Origin: Flaccisagitta enflata
Lineage: Eukaryota
DNA length: 64,000 nt
Reading direction: 5' to 3'
Assembly: GCA_965153355.1 (NCBI GenBank)
Contig: OZ231126.1
Location: forward strand, 1,674,001-1,738,000
In this document: positions 27,774 to 50,000 of the stretch, piece after piece
Layout: the number at the start of each line of letters is the position of its first letter
Numbering within the stretch: the stretch's first letter is position 1
Position numbers and translations under genes: made by a program
Notes under the pieces: generated by a model
Database searches by the model: none
What the model saw: only the letters and a program-made list of their open reading frames with translations
What the model was told of the DNA's origin: nothing

Positions 27774-28861
27774 CACACGGGACCCTAATAAGATCGGAGG
27801 AGGGACCCAAAGTTTTAGCATCACCTCCTACAGCTTAAATGGCTCAAGCATTCTTCTCACTTGCTATGGCGATTTTTGAATTTCCGCCCAAAATCACCCT
27901 CGAGGGCCTCCAAAAATTTTTTCTTCACTTTTGTTAATTTGGGGAATTTCAAAAATTGCCACAGTGGCGCCAATTTTTTTCACCTAAGGTACCCCGTGTT
28001 CAAAAGCAAGTGATACCAGCAAGACCTTTATTGCGCCTGAAGTTTTTATTTTTAGAAATTCAGATTTGTTTCTCCTGAAAGTACATAAGCTACCATTTAT
28101 TCATGCAAAATTTCATGGCACTGGCCTTAACGGTTGAGCTTCGGCATTGATTTGTAATTTTATGAAATTTTAAAAAATTCTGCTAAAAAATTGTCTTCTT
28201 AAGCTGTTTCAAATTAAAAAATCCATGAAATTTTTACATTGATCGAGCAAAAGTGATCAAATTGGTTATCAATAGGAAGTATTTGACCCTTCTTTCTCAT
28301 AAGATTTGATATGTCACCATTTCTAAGAAAATTTAAGGTTTCATAGCTAGCGATGCGATGCAAAACCTATTCAAACTTCAAAAAACCAGATGAAAAATCA
28401 GATTTGCCACATGAATTTCTATAATTTAGAAGTTTCTTTTGTGAAATATGTTAGATTAAACTAATATTTTTCTTTCAAGACCAATCTGACTATTTTTGCA
28501 TGATTTGTTTAAAAATGACATTGATCCAAAGCTACAGAAGTTCATCTATCCATAATCACGGAATCCTCTCATAGAGTTAACCACATTTTTACTCTAAATC
28601 ATGTGGAAAACCAACCACTAGGGCCAGTGCCATGAATTTTTGCATGAATTAATGGTAGCTCATGTGCTTTTAGGCAAAACCAATCTAAATTTCTCAAAAT
28701 GAATACTTTAGGTGCAATAAAGGTTTTGCTGGTATCACTCGCTTTTGAACACAGGGTATATTCCGCTACAGCAAGTGAGAAATTTGCTTGAGCCATATAA
28801 GCTGTAGGGGGTGATCCTAAATCTTTGGGTCCCTCCTCCGCTCTTATTAGGGTACCGTCTG
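27774..28861. mobile_element. Tc1/mariner-type MITE with long TIRs and TA TSD
   Basis: TA-CACACGGGACCCTAATAAG ... CTTATTAGGGTACCGTCTG-TA; inverted similarity extends about 300 bp with indels. Confidence 0.8.
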
Positions 28862-28920
28862 TATAGTTTGAACATTCACTCTCGTTAAAAGAACTTGTAA
28901 AAAAGGTATTGTAGACTTTA

Positions 28921-29272
28921 CAGTTAATCACGGTTTCGAGGGACTAACAGTAACAAGTTCAATCTGCTGTGAGTGGAATTCTGTGACAGTCAATGTACAT
29001 TGTAGGAAAAAACAAGGCTGGATACACGGCAACCCCAGTCGCGTGCGGGTGGGCAGGGGCCATATTTGAGGGCACTAGACCATTTGCGCAGGAGGAGTGA
29101 GGTCAAAGAACAAAAAAACAAACACAAAAAAAAAGTGGAATGTGACCGACCAACAGATTGACAGACGGACGGACAAATGGACAAGGCGGGATGTAGAGTT
29201 TCGTAGCAGAAAAGAAAGAAGTTGAAGCTCTATGGATTTGTTTCCATTTAAGGCGGAATTCTGTTAGTGGCG
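28921..29272 (+). mobile_element. 5' part of a pogo/Tigger-type MITE, interrupted by a HINE (about 29010-29210) and by the giant element
   Basis: TA-CAGTTAA start; similar to the intact copy at 23076-23249. Confidence 0.65.
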
Positions 29273-29581
29273 CACGACGTAGTCTGAGGTTTATTAAGTA
29301 TCGGAGAATTTGCGATACTGTATCAAAAAATTTTTGATACTGTATCAAAAAATTTTCGATACTGTATCAAAAATGTACCTTTTCTGTATCTGCGAAAACT
29401 GTTCCCTTTTTGATACTTTTTGATATTCAAAACTTACGCGCACCAATTGAGAACATCTGAGGCTTTCTATGTTATTTCTTATTGCAATCTTCTTTTTCCC
29501 TCTGCAAAGAAAGTCAAGAGGGACAAAAAATTAGTCAATCGGTGAGAGACTATAGACTGATGACATACAAAACAAGGAAAC

Positions 29582-29643
<62 letters not shown>

Positions 29644-29730
29644 AGAGAAAGAGAAAGAGAAAGAGAAAGAGTGAATCTTGACGAAATAAAAAAACTTCTG
29701 TTCATATGCGGTACATGTGTTGGAGGTAAC

Positions 29731-29816
<86 letters not shown>

Positions 29817-30322
29817 TGAAAAAATAAAAAAGATCCTGTTCATAACTTCATATGCGGCCATGCGGCACATGTATCGAAGGTAACAATTCGCCCGGCGCGA
29901 TTGATATCTTTCTAGCTAATGATTGAAGAGATTCCTAAGGCTTAAGCAACAACAACAATGTAAGAAATGAAGGACATGATAAATATGTGATGGTCAGAAG
30001 AAAGTCTATGAGAGGTTTTATCCAACTGTCCATCCATCTATTTATAAATCAGTCCGTCCGTCCGTGGTGATAAAGCTGTAAAGTGGAACTCAAAATCATC
30101 TTATTCGTTGTTCTACATTAATTTTCACGGGCAAAAAAAAACATAATACTGGTCATCCCGATCAAAGAACTAGTAAATGCTCTCTGGCGCTACCTTTCCT
30201 ACTAGCAATTAAATTTGATAAGGCGTCATTTTCTTATATCTTTATTTCATTCGAGATCGTGACGTCATTGCGGCATTGAGACAGCCTTTGCGAGAGAGGG
30301 AGGGAGAGAGAGAGAGAGAGAG

Positions 30323-30392
<70 letters not shown>

Positions 30393-30909
30393 TGAGTGTG
30401 ATTGTGTGTTTGTGTGTGTGTGTGTGTGAGAGAGAGAGCTCACTTCAATTCTTAGTCACTTGCGAGGTATGCGTTTGGATTTTTTTCAAAAAGTGGCAAG
30501 AAAATGATTTATTTTAAGCTGGAAGCTTGCATTCTAGTTAGAGAAATCTATCCAAAACAAGTGACGCGGGGCCAATATTGTTGCGGACGGGTGGGCAGGG
30601 GCATCCAACCCCCATCCACACCCCAACCCACCCCCAACACTCAAACATACACAAAAAGTATCGAAAACGCTCGTTTTCCCATTTTTCAGCTCAATCACCA
30701 TAACGGATTAACGGATGGATAGACGGACGGACGGACAAAGCCTCTTATGGAGTTGCGTGTCCGCAACTGAAAAGCGCACTACAGCCACAGCCAATTTGCA
30801 CTACAGCCCCCGCCCACCCTAAAGCGACTACTTTTTGACTATTATTCTTCTTTTCCCTACGTTGGCGGAAGATGCGTAATCTGGATGCAACAGGAATGTG
30901 TGTGTGTGT

Positions 30910-30981
<72 letters not shown>

Positions 30982-31038
30982 CAGCGCCGGAATCGAAGCG
31001 ATTGAAACAATGCGGTCAAGTTATTCATTACGCGTAAT

Positions 31039-32794
31039 GGTCAGAATCCCCTGTTGGAAATTTCTTAAAAAAAAAAAAAAATAAATAAATAAATAAATAA
31101 AGGAATAAAAGAAATAAACTCATTTTTGATTTTTATTCACCTACAATTGATGTAAAATCAGAATATGATATTTGTTTTGGTCAGGCTCAAGCCGAAAAAA
31201 GTTAGAACACATTGTTAGTGTTAAACATAATTTTTTTTCCATAAAAACAATACTTAATTAAATATACCCATTTATTTTTTACAGAAATAAAAAAGTGATT
31301 TAGTTTTTAATAATTGCAAAAAAAAAAAACCAATATTTTTTTATTACCAAAGGAGGCTTGAAAATTGCTTTGAAAATCTAAAAACTGCAGAAACTTGTCA
31401 AATTTATACAAATTTTTAAAATCAAGCACTTGAATTAGTATCAAATAATGAAATTAATATCACATTTCAGTTTTGTAAGTCTACTTTGAGAAAAACTAGA
31501 ATTATAAGTAAAAAATGCATAATTGCAATACACAAATAAGCTTATAATGCAAATTTCTTGAAAATTAGCGTAAAGAAAGTAGGAATTCCTCATTTTTTGC
31601 AGCTACTCAAAATAGATAGTAATCTATCAATATTTCGAAAGAAATAACAAAATTTTTTTAAATTATACTTTTTTTACGTAAAAAGTAATTATTAAGTTAT
31701 TAAATTAGATTCTGATTTTTTTGGCTTAAGTTTTATGAAAATGAATATCATATTCTTATTCTACATTTTTTTTAGGATTTTCATTTTCAGGCCAATTTTC
31801 AAAAAAATTTTTAGCTCATTTGCATATTGCAATTTGCATTTTTTGTTTTTAGTTTAATTTTTCTTGAAGTAGATTTATAAAACTGAAATATGCATCTCGG
31901 TTAATCATTACCGGTTTTTTTCTGGCAGCATTTCTGCACTGTTTTTGGCCTAGGGAAGAGGCAATGGGCTAGAAAAAATGAATAAAAATACATTTTGTTC
32001 GGCAAGGTTGAATGCCGTGAAAATCATTTATTTGAGGACAACGAATGACTTATGGTCTTGGATATTAGGCCCAATAGATAGGTTCGATCTGTCTGCAGAT
32101 AATTATGCCTTGATACAGTGTCTATTGTTACATGACGCTTGCTGACAACCCAATGACAGTCTTACGTGTGGCAAATTAGTTAACAATCTTTTTCCAGTTG
32201 TTGCTTCTCCGAAAAAATGCGTGACGAATTAATTTGAATGCGTCGAAAACTTGGTCATAGTTCCTGATCATAATCGTTCCTTTTCTTTTTAACCTTATTT
32301 CTTTTTTCATTTAAATCCGATCTTGCGTCTTTTTCCAGCTGACTTGCTATAACGCGCTAAACACTTTATGGCCCAGATTTACTCAGTTGTTTTTAAGTCT
32401 TATGGATACTAATTTTATAATTTCGCACTGACTTAAATTTTTAATTTTGAAAAAATATACAAATTTAGCAAATTTCTTCATGGCTTTTCAAATCAATTTT
32501 CAAGCGTTTGTAGCTTATCAGAAAATGTTCTTTCTTTTGGCAATTATCATTTACTTCATAACCTTTTTATTTCTTTAAAAAAAGATAAAGGAAATATTTA
32601 AATTGGCAATGTTTTTATAGCAAAAATAACTATTTTTAGTATTAAAAATGGGTTCTCATTATTTGGCCCAAGTTAGACTGAAACAAACATATTCTAATTC
32701 TACATCTTTTTTAAAACTCTTGTGTAAAAAAATTATGATAAGATTATTTTTTATCTATTTTTTATTAACTTTTTTTCAATAGGGGATTCTGACC
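31039..32794. mobile_element. AT-rich TIR element with long degenerate arms
   Basis: GGTCAGAATCCCCTGTTG / CAATAGGGGATTCTGACC termini and degenerate inverted similarity over several hundred bp; no TSD recognised. Confidence 0.65.
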
Positions 32795-32852
32795 GTCTTC
32801 GTTTGTTTGCCTGTTCCTTTCTTTCTTTCTTTCACTGTCCATCCATCTGTGG

Positions 32853-32934
<82 letters not shown>

Positions 32935-33978
32935 ACAAGCGCAAGAAGCGATCGAAATGATCCGCGTTCGGTCGAGTTATTACGAAAACGTAAAATGTTT
33001 GAAAATCGTGTTCCGACTCCAAGAGACGAGATTAACGAAAGCGAAGAAGGAAGAGAGTGAGAACATTAAGCTCAACCGGGCAACAATGCGCCCTGACTGT
33101 GTCAATGCTTGGAGTGAATCTCACGGTGATTACATAAACAGACAAACTGCTTTAATCTTTTTTAACAGTCAAATGAGACACTGTAGACACGTGTATTTGA
33201 TCGTTCTATTCATCGCAAGAGCTTATCGTGGCCAAAAACAACCAAGAAATGCGATTTTTCAGGCAAAATGGATCGACGGACATATGGACTGACAGACAGA
33301 TGGACCAACGGACGGACTGATTGACTGACAGGCAGACCCTCTAATAGGGATTTGTGGACGGATGGGCAGGAGCATCTATACCCCAGCCTCACCTCAACCC
33401 CACCCCCAACCCCCCTCCAACACATTCAAACACACACAATACCAACTGCAGCATCTTAAAATGCGCGGTTTTCACATTTTCAACTCGAACATGGTGGACG
33501 GACGGACCGACGGACGGTCCAAAGGACGGAAGGACTGACACACCAACAAACTGACGGGCGGACCGACTGACAAAGCGTGTTCGCAACTAAAAAGAGTAAG
33601 AGGGATAAGAGAAAAAAAAACAGTATTTACGAGATGGAAACCCAGGTTTATTGAAGGAGAGGGGTATTTAGGGAAAATGAGAGGTATTTATGAGTTGAAT
33701 CCCCATCTACAATGTAGGGTATTTGTAGGTTGGAAAAGTATTTGAGCAAACGATTCCCAAGACATTGAAATGGGGTACTTAGGGGGAATTTATACAGAAA
33801 TCCCGGCCTCTTGGCCCATTTTCTCATTACAGGGTATTTATGACCTTGGGTATTTACAGTTCCCCTTACCCATTTTCAGATCAGGATTTGGCCTTGAGTG
33901 CCCTCCTCGTTTGAACGGATAATGTGACGCAAATCTTGGATGACACTTAATCGATTGAAATCGTGGTTTGGTGCATTA

Positions 33979-40733
<6,755 letters not shown>

Positions 40734-40932
40734 TACTGCCCAAACCCGTTCACAATACTGCCCCAGCCCACCCTCAAGCGACTACTTTTGGGCTGAGAGT
40801 CCAGCCTTCATATTTTCATTGTAAAGACATTAGCGGTGATGCGCAAACCGGAGGCAACCGAAATTCTCAAGGAGGAAATCTCCATCAGACTAACGTTTGT
40901 GTGCATGTCTGTCTGTCAGTGTGTGTGTGTGT

Positions 40933-41006
<74 letters not shown>

Positions 41007-41610
41007 CTCATGGGCTTCGTAGGCGCAGGAATCGATCGCGCGATTTGCGTTCGGTCGTATTACGAAAACGTCCGAAAATCATGTTCCGAATCCAAGAGAG
41101 GAAGAAAACGGAATCGAAGGAAGAGAAGGAGCCAAGAAGGGGCAGAAAAAGAAGTTGAAGATAAAAACAATGCTGGATACAAGGCTACCCTAGTTGTATG
41201 CGGGTGGGCAGGGGCAGTGATAGAGAAGGTCACTGGAGCATTTGGTCAGGAGCTGGGCCGAGCATGACACTGCGGTAAACCTCTATCCCGTGGACGTCGC
41301 AACAACGCCATTTTCCGCAACGTGGCGTAGCGATGCAATTCATTGCAATATCGTGTCGGGGACAGTACGATATGGGACGGGTCTTCCATTATCATAAGTA
41401 TCTGTATTTACTCATCTGTGATTACAACTACAAAAATACGCTAGACAACCTCACATTTTTAAGGAGGACGTATCACTTGCCAGATTGATGGAGAGACAGA
41501 CAGACAAGGAGATATAAGCAGGGGCAGAGAGAGAGAGAGCGAGAGCGAGAACGAGAGCGAGAGAGAGCATTCTCCTTCTTTTCCCTCTTTTATTTCTTTT
41601 AATTCTTCTT

Positions 41611-41797
41611 TTTAGTCGCGTGCTGCGCGACTCTACACCCCGCTTTGTTGGTCCGTCCGTCGGTCCGTTGGTCACACTTGACTTTTTTTGTTTTGTTTTT
41701 TTTGGCCTTTCCGCTCCTACCCAAATGATCTGGTGACCTCAACTACGGCCCCTGCCCACCCGCACGCGACTGGGGTAGCCATGTATCCAGCCTTGTT
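41611..41797 (+). mobile_element. HINE/DINE-1-like element, representative copy. Related copies at about 22120-22345, 29010-29210, 30556-30772, 33350-33592, 35519-35722, 35944-36160, 37035-37240, 44016-44210, 51248-51394, 52867-53026, 55958-56130, 56518-56705, 62827-62975
   Basis: TTTTAGTCGCGTGCTGCGCGACT 5' subTIR plus inverted repeat, (GTCC)n, 3' subTIR ACGCGACT, short hairpin and CTTGTT end in a T-rich site; this is the DINE-1/Helentron architecture. Confidence 0.75.
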
Positions 41798-43070
41798 TTC
41801 TTTTTTTCTGCAATTTTTTTCTTCTTTTTTTCTGTTCATCGTTTTTTTTTCTTTTCTTCGTTTTTTTTTCTTCTTTTTTTAGGTGCGACAAAGCGCCTCT
41901 ATAACTGGCTGTGTCCATTGGTCGGTCGGTCAGTCGGTCGGTCGGTTGGTTAACGCATTCGTTCGACGATCCACACGTCGTATCTTATTGGCCTACTTGG
42001 CCTTGTTTCTTTTCTTTTTTTTTCTTTTCTTCTTTTTTTGCATTTCTTCTTTTTTTCTTTTCTTCTTTTCTACTTTTTCTTTTTCACCTTCTTCTTCCTC
42101 TTCTTCTTCTTCATAATACCGTTACCGTCACAGCCGAGCAGCCCATTATCGTCTCAGGGCGACCCTGCCCTTTTTCCGCAACCGGAACGAACTTCCGGTT
42201 TCACGCTCGGGCCAGGTCAGGAGCTCTGAGCTCAAAACGCTCAAAAACGCTAAAAAAGTAGAAAGCACACGACCAACCCCGACTGGGCAATGATGCGTCC
42301 TGTGTCCTTGCGTGTATTGTCTTTGGCGATAGACATATCAGATATATGAAAGGACAGATAGAAGGACGGACAGACAGATAAAACAAACCCAAAGCCTACT
42401 AAAGAGTGTTTGATGCTGTGTTTAACATGGCCGCAGCTGAAAAGTGCCAAAAACTTTGATTTTTAGTCGCATGCACGCTACTATGACCCGCTAGGGTGTG
42501 TCAAAAAATAAAAAGTATCCTTGCTCAGATCTTCAACATCAGGGAGCGCAAAACAAAATAATTTTAAGATTTTTAGCGTTTTTATTTTTCAAATTTTAGT
42601 CGTCTTTCGTTTTTGTAGCGCAGGTAAAGATTGTCAAAAATATATATACTTTCAGAGTCTCCATCTGGTTTTGTTGAAAATAAGACCCAAAACCTCAATA
42701 AAGAATATAAAGTTCTACTTCTTTTTATGATTTCTGTGATAAAAAAAAAAACACTTTTACCTAACCCCACTTAGGAATCAAACTAAAATATTTAAATAGC
42801 TACTTTAATATATTTATGAACGATAATTCTGATATGAAATCAATGATACAGCAATACACAAATTAACAGCTAAAAAAGGGTTTTGGAAAAAACGTAAAAT
42901 AAATAAAACACCATTGTCAGCCATGCTTTGCTCAAGTATTTTCGTAAAGAGTCAACCATGCATCACAGGCACTGGGAAACTCATTTCATCTTCAAAAATA
43001 GTAGTAATTGTAATGCTACAAAAAAAAAGTTAAAAAACGTTTTTTAGGCTAAAACTCCACAAATAACCCT

Positions 43071-43752
43071 CTGAGGAATGGTTTTTCTCTGTTTTCCGAC
43101 TTGAGTGGTTTTCAGGCACCTCATGGCAGTGTTATTCCCCCCCATTTGATTGTCACACCCCTGCGCCCTGATGTATTTGTGGTAAATGAAGATACGCGTG
43201 TTATTGTCATTCTCGAATTGACTTGCCCATGGGAAAGGAACATAGATCGTGATCATGTCTACAAAGAGGAAAAGTATGCCCCGCTTGTGGCAGATTTGTC
43301 CTGTGAATTTGCTGTTTCTCAATTCTCTATTGAAATCTCTGCTAGGGGGATGATTACAAAAGAAAATAAAGCGCATTTGAAAAGCTTTGGCCTTAGATGT
43401 TGTGAGGCACAAAATACTGATTTAAAGGGTTTGATTTCAGCCTGCTCAAAAGCATCTCTACTGGCCTCCTTTAGCATTTTTTCCGCTCACAACGAGCCAT
43501 CGTGGTCATCTCCAACGCCGCTCTTAGTCCGGACCTAATTTTAACCTATGTGGTTTTACTTTGCTGTTTTTTTTCTTTTTAATTCAATTTATACGTACAT
43601 CCGGTTCAATGACATGTACTAGACCAACAGCGTTAATATTTATTATGTGCCATGGAATCTAGTAACCTTCGAGCACCGGTTGTATTGTTGCATTGCATTG
43701 TTTTAATGCATGTTCCTTGTGTTTTCTTGTGAAAATTACAACTCATCATCAT
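43071..43752 (+). mobile_element. 5'-truncated non-LTR retrotransposon: C-terminal restriction-like endonuclease domain plus 3' UTR (R2-group, e.g. Hero/NeSL/CRE-like)
   Basis: ORF to 43538 reads LRPDVFVV...ILELTCPWE...KEEKYAPL...IEISARG, the PD-(D/E)xK RLE signature. No RT domain. Ends near a short (TCA)n tract. Confidence 0.8.
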
Positions 43753-43924
43753 TATACGCAACCTACTATGCATATAATCTCAGTTATACTTCCGTTATAT
43801 GCCACTAGATGATTTTGTTTGAAACTCCAAACTCTAGTAGTGACCTTCTCCAACACTGCTCCTACCCACCCACACGCGACTAGGGTAGCCGTGTATCCGG
43901 CCTTGTTCTCACACAGTGTAAAGC

Positions 43925-43967
<43 letters not shown>

Positions 43968-45705
43968 CAAACAAACAGACAAACAGACAAACAGAAGAAC
44001 AGACGGAGAGATGATAACAAGGCCGGACTCACGGCTACCTCAGTCGCGTGTGAGTGGGCAGGAGCAATACTAGAAAAGATCAATGGGGCAGGAGCAGTGA
44101 GCTCAAAAAGCTAAAAAACGCCAAGAAAGTAATATGGGACCAACCGACCAACCAACAGACTAACCGACCTGATATAGCCGTGTGTAGAGTTGTGTAGCAC
44201 GCAACTGAAAATTAGAACAAGGTCAACAAATTGCAAACCTTTGTCTTGCTCTGATTATGGTAACATTTTTTTTGAATTTACTGCCTCCTTGTCTCCCTCT
44301 CCCCTCTCTTCCGCTTCATCCACTTTCAACTTACCTCAATGGTTGGATGCCCCAAATAACAAAATTTTAGAATATCTTGTCATCCTTGTTACCTAATACT
44401 AAGTGGTACATTTTAAAATTTTTATTGTTTTTCTTTCAGAAAAATTGTTCATGTTTTGTTTCTTTAGGAAATTTTTTTTTACAGGACCTAATACACAAAC
44501 TATAATATGTGGAACAATATCCCTCACTATACCGAATTTGATATAAATAGAGGAGGGCCTTGTAAACCTTAACTAGTTTCTACGCGAATCACTCCTAGTT
44601 TTCTAAAAACAAAATCTGAATTTGATGATTTTTTATTTCAGTAAAAATATTCAAACCAAAACAAAAAAGAAAAACTTAAAATTAAAAAAAAAATATTTAT
44701 TTTTGCTCTTCAAAATTATATAAATACGTTGAAGGGATACTTTCTAATTTTGCTATGTGAAGCACCCAACCTAAACAGCTTATTGTGAAAGTGAGCTTTT
44801 TTGGAAGCGATGGGTACTGCTGACCATCTGATTCCTTTGCGTCTATTTAGAATGGTTATATTGATTGGAGGCCATAATTCATTGTTGGCATAAGAATCAA
44901 ACATTAAAATACAATGAAATAGGAACTTTTTTTTAAAAACAATCCAATCTCTTGGTGCAAAAATATAAAAAGTGCATAAAAAGTGCATACAAAGAACGGA
45001 AAGTTGAAGTACATATAAAGAGCGGAAAGTTTAAGTATGAAGATTTTTTTCAAACTTCTGTTATCTTCTTAGAAATGGATTTGACATTTGATAATGTTTC
45101 ATTAGCATTTGTTTTCTCAGCCATAGAATATTCATTTATCTAGACCCATCAAGACCATTGTGATAAGGTCCTGCTAAACTTAGGTCTGTCATCGCTTTTA
45201 TAATTAAAAAAAAAATAAAATTACTTTTTCCATTGTTAATCAAAAATAAAATTGAAGGAAACTTAACCTCAAATTTTCCTTTGTATGCACCCCGATAAAC
45301 CGCGATAATACAATATCTATAGGCGGGGATAGCAGGGGCAAAGTGCCCTTCTTCATAGTTAGACTGACAGATTGACAATCAGGCAATGCCTCTCATAGTG
45401 TCGCGAGTATCTTACTTCAAACAAATCGAAAAGGAAATTGTAATAACAGCAATGGAAAAAAAAATTCTTATGTCCTGTTGAGCTTTTGTAGCTGGAAATC
45501 CACGCAATTTGCTCCTCTTCAGGTTTGCTCATGAAATGATGAGGTGGGGATGATGCAAAAAACGTCGCTGAAATCGTGGGTATGCCTGTACATCGCGGTG
45601 AATATTTGAGATATAAAATCAGCTGACATCAGAAAACTATGACTTTTAAATTGTAACATACACCAATTACACCATAGCGACCAATGTGCCCAACGACGCC
45701 ATGTT

Positions 45706-45792
<87 letters not shown>

Positions 45793-45969
45793 CCTCGCTG
45801 CACATTTTCTATTCTATCGATTAACTGGTAGGACCAGTATAACTTGGATACTCACCTTGACGCATTTTGCCCACTCACTCCTCGGCATCTCCAGCTTCCC
45901 ATATTGAACGTTTCGATGTCAAACGAAACCATCGAACAAAGCCGCAAGTCTGTCAGAGAAGGGGAGAAG

Positions 45970-46151
<182 letters not shown>

Positions 46152-46385
46152 ATGGAAGGGCATGGTAAAGAAACGATTTGAATAATCATTAAAGACAATC
46201 GTGAAAATCAATATTCTGGAAAGAATTTAAGTGTTCACTGGTAGATTTACAGCCAACTCTTTTTTAGATGTGTCCGTCAGGAACCCATATCTATGAGAGG
46301 GTCTGTCTTTTGGTCCAACGGTCGGTCCATCCATCCGTCGGTCCCTGGTATATCGATTATTAAGGTAGGGGCACAGATGGATGTA

Positions 46386-46569
46386 CTCATTTTGGTGCGG
46401 GATCTTGATAGAGTGGTCCCGCCTATTGCGGTGGATCAAGATCTTGATGTAACATATGATGGGCTATATTGTGGGAATACAACACTACAGGATAGTGATC
46501 TCAATATCAACCAATATCCTGTGACCTTTTGAAACCATGATCTCGTTCCTATGTCCAGAGCTGAGTCAG

Positions 46570-46641
<72 letters not shown>

Positions 46642-47462
46642 AACTTTTTGCAAAATCATTGAAAGGTGTAGGGTAATACCCCTTTTTAGACTCTCCCAGC
46701 GGCTCGCTTCTTTACACATGTACCGCGCATGTGTGTGTATGTACCCTTACTTGCCCATTTGCAAAAATATTGCAACCCCGCGTTTCTTGCATGGTTGAAG
46801 ACTGTTGTCTCATTTCTAAGGCAAAGTATTTTGATTTTTAGTCGCGGACACGCGACTCTAGCACTTGCCGTGTCCATCCGTTGGTCTGTCTGTGCTTTTG
46901 TAACCAAATCATAATCTGAGCGTTTTTTAATTGCAGACAGGCAACTCTATAAGAGGCTTTGTCCATCTGTCCGTGGATCCGTTGGTTCATTGGTTCGTTG
47001 GTCTGTCAGTAATGATCAAGTTGAAATTCGGAAAAACAAGCGTTTTGAATGATATTTGTGTGTGTTGGATGGGATTTGTGTGTGTTGGATGGGATTTGTG
47101 TGTGTTGGATGGGGGATGGACGCCCCTGCCCACCCATCCGCAACGATATTGTGACCCAGCCTCACTTGTTTTTTTGCTATTCCGCAAATTATCATCATCA
47201 TCATCATTGTTATTATCATTATTATCATAGTGATTATCATTATCATCTTCATAATCATTATCATCCTCATCATCGTCATTGTCATCATCGTAGTTATCGT
47301 CACCAATACATTCAACAGCCTCATCATCATTGTCATCATTAGCCTCATCATCATCATAGTTATCGTTGTCGTTGCTGATATCATCAACTTTGTCATTGTC
47401 GTTGTCATCATTGTCATTTTCATCACCTTCCTCATCACCGTAATCATCCATACATCGGGCAG

Positions 47463-47546
<84 letters not shown>

Positions 47547-47684
47547 AAGATCCCGTCTTTAGTCAACGAAAGAGATGGTGCAGCTTATAGGCTAGAGGAT
47601 CGCGCTGTTGTTTAGTGAACAAGATACTGTGTATCTAGCTTACCATTCATGGTGAAAAGGACCAAGATCCCGCACCAAAATCAG
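46386..47684. mobile_element. TA-flanked MITE with nested HINE fragments and microsatellites
   Basis: TA-CTCATTTTGGTGCGGGATCTTG ... CAAGATCCCGCACCAAAATCAG-TA. Confidence 0.7.
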
Positions 47685-48689
47685 TAGAGTTATACGCCTA
47701 GGAGTTTAAACGACGACATATCTCGTCGGTCCGTCCATCCGTCTGATACGCTTGTGCAAAAACCACGATTCTTGACTGTTTTTGGCCACGATGAGATGAA
47801 ACAAAGTATAAAACAACATATTTTGAGAACCTCCTTCATTACTTCGTCGTTGTATCCATCCGTTTGTCCATGTCTCTCCATATATGTAACATGATCAATA
47901 CACGCATAGGCACAGTCCAGACAGCGTTGCTTGGTCGGGCTTGTTTATGTGCGTCCTCTCACATCTTTAGGAAAACACGACTGTCAGTTGGTTGGTCTGA
48001 CTGTCACGCAAACCTTCAAATTACGTTTAAGGGCCGATTCCAACGTCTTTCCTCGTTCCTATTACCTCTCCCACATCCATTCATTAATTCATTCATTTAG
48101 TTATAAATTAATTTGTTTGTTCATTCGTAAAAACGTTCAATCACATATTCTTAATCAGCAAGGCGCACATATTAGCCATAACTTAGCTTTGTTACAATAT
48201 GGAATAGTTCTATTGGGGGCCTCAATATGGAGCAAAGAAGCTCTGTTTCATACACATCACATGGTACTTCCAACCATTGTCAGTGGGTTCAAGCCCGGCC
48301 AATTGCAGAGCAGATCTCAGGATTTCTGGGCACCCCCCCCCCTCCCCACAAACCCTGGCAAAAGTCAGCTGTAAAGTGATGCGTAGGTGATATATAGGCA
48401 GCCTTTTGAAGACAGACAGAACTATTGATCAAACATTTTTGGACAAGCGTGAAGGAGTTGCAATGAAACGTATTTCACACTAGGATAAAGTACCAGTAAT
48501 GGCGGCTGTCGACATGAGATAAAAAGTTGTAAGCGTCGTTCACTTTTCACCAAGCTTTTTTCAGTCTTTGCAATTCTTATTATTTGTTAGATCAAATTAT
48601 GAGCAGTTGTATGTTTTGGTTGCACTGAAAATCAGAGAAAAATAGGACTGAGCCATATGAGCTATAAGAGCTAAAATAGTCAAAATCAC

Positions 48690-50000
48690 TCAACCAGACA
48701 ACCAGCTATGCTTGCTGAAATACTTTCTTGTATTTGCATGCTTAAATCAAAACATTTATTTATTCATCTGTTTTGAAATCAGAAAAAAAGAGCAAGCTTA
48801 ATGAGCTTAATGAGCTTAATGAGCCAGAATACTTAAAAACACCATGACAGATGAGCAGCTCTGCTCACTGACATACTCTCTTACATTTGCTTGCTTAAAT
48901 ATCTATCAATATATTTGCTCATTCTATTTGAAATCAGAAAAAAAAGATTGAGCTAAGTGAGCTAAATTAGCTAAAATGCTCAAAATCACCCTCACAGATG
49001 AACTGCTATGCTCATAAACGTGTTTTCTTGTATTTGCAAGTTCAAACAAATATAGATAAACTTTTTTATTGATCCTACAAAAAATCATAACAAATTGAAA
49101 AAAAATCAATATGAATTATCTGTAAATAAATCTTTAGAAAATCATAGCGCAAAGAATATTTGTTGTAGAGAATTCTGCTTGGTGCCAAATGAAAGAGAAT
49201 TATCAAATTTACTTACACCATAAATTTCATCCGAGGCCCCAATCAGCCCTATGAGATGCTCAACTTTCTCATAAGAAAATGAAAACCCTGTTTCTCTCGA
49301 ACATGTCAAAAAGTCAAAGACTCACTTCAACCTTTTTCCCGATGATTGAACCAGACAACCAGCTTTGCTCACTGACATGCTTTCTTGTATTTGTATGCCT
49401 AAATCAAAACATCAATTTATTCATCCTATTCAAAATCAGAGAAAAAGCAAAAGCTAAATTTGCTAAATAAGCTAGAATATTTGAAAAAGCCCTTATAGAG
49501 GAGCCGCTCTGCTCACTGACATGTTTTTTTTTAATTTTCTTGCTTAAACAAGTTTGAAAATATTTATTCATTTATCATATTTGAAATCAGAAAGAATAGA
49601 CTGAGCTAAGTGAGCTAAATGAGCTAAAATGCTCAAAAACACCCTTACAGATGAGCAGCTGTGCTCATAAACATGTTTTCTTGTATTAGCATGCTCCAAC
49701 AAACATAAATACACTCTTTTATTGATCCTACACAAAACTGTAAAAAATCAAAAAAATTTCATTCAAATTTTTCATAAATAAATCTTTAAATAATCATAGC
49801 GCGAAAAATATTTGTCGTGGAGCATTCTGCTTGGCGCCAAATGAAAGAGAATTATCAAATTTACTTACCCTATCAATTTCATTGGAGGGCCCATTCGCTC
49901 GGTGGAGATGCCCAACTTTCTCATAAGAAAATGAAAACCCTGTTTCTCTCGAATATGTCAAAAAGTTGAAGACTGACTTCAACTTTTTTCCCGATAAATT
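48690..50000. repeat. About 660-bp direct tandem duplication inside an unclassified element
   Basis: ~48690-49345 matches ~49348-50000 (for example aactttctcataagaaaatgaaaaccctgtttctctcgaa at ~49262 and ~49914). Confidence 0.8.
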
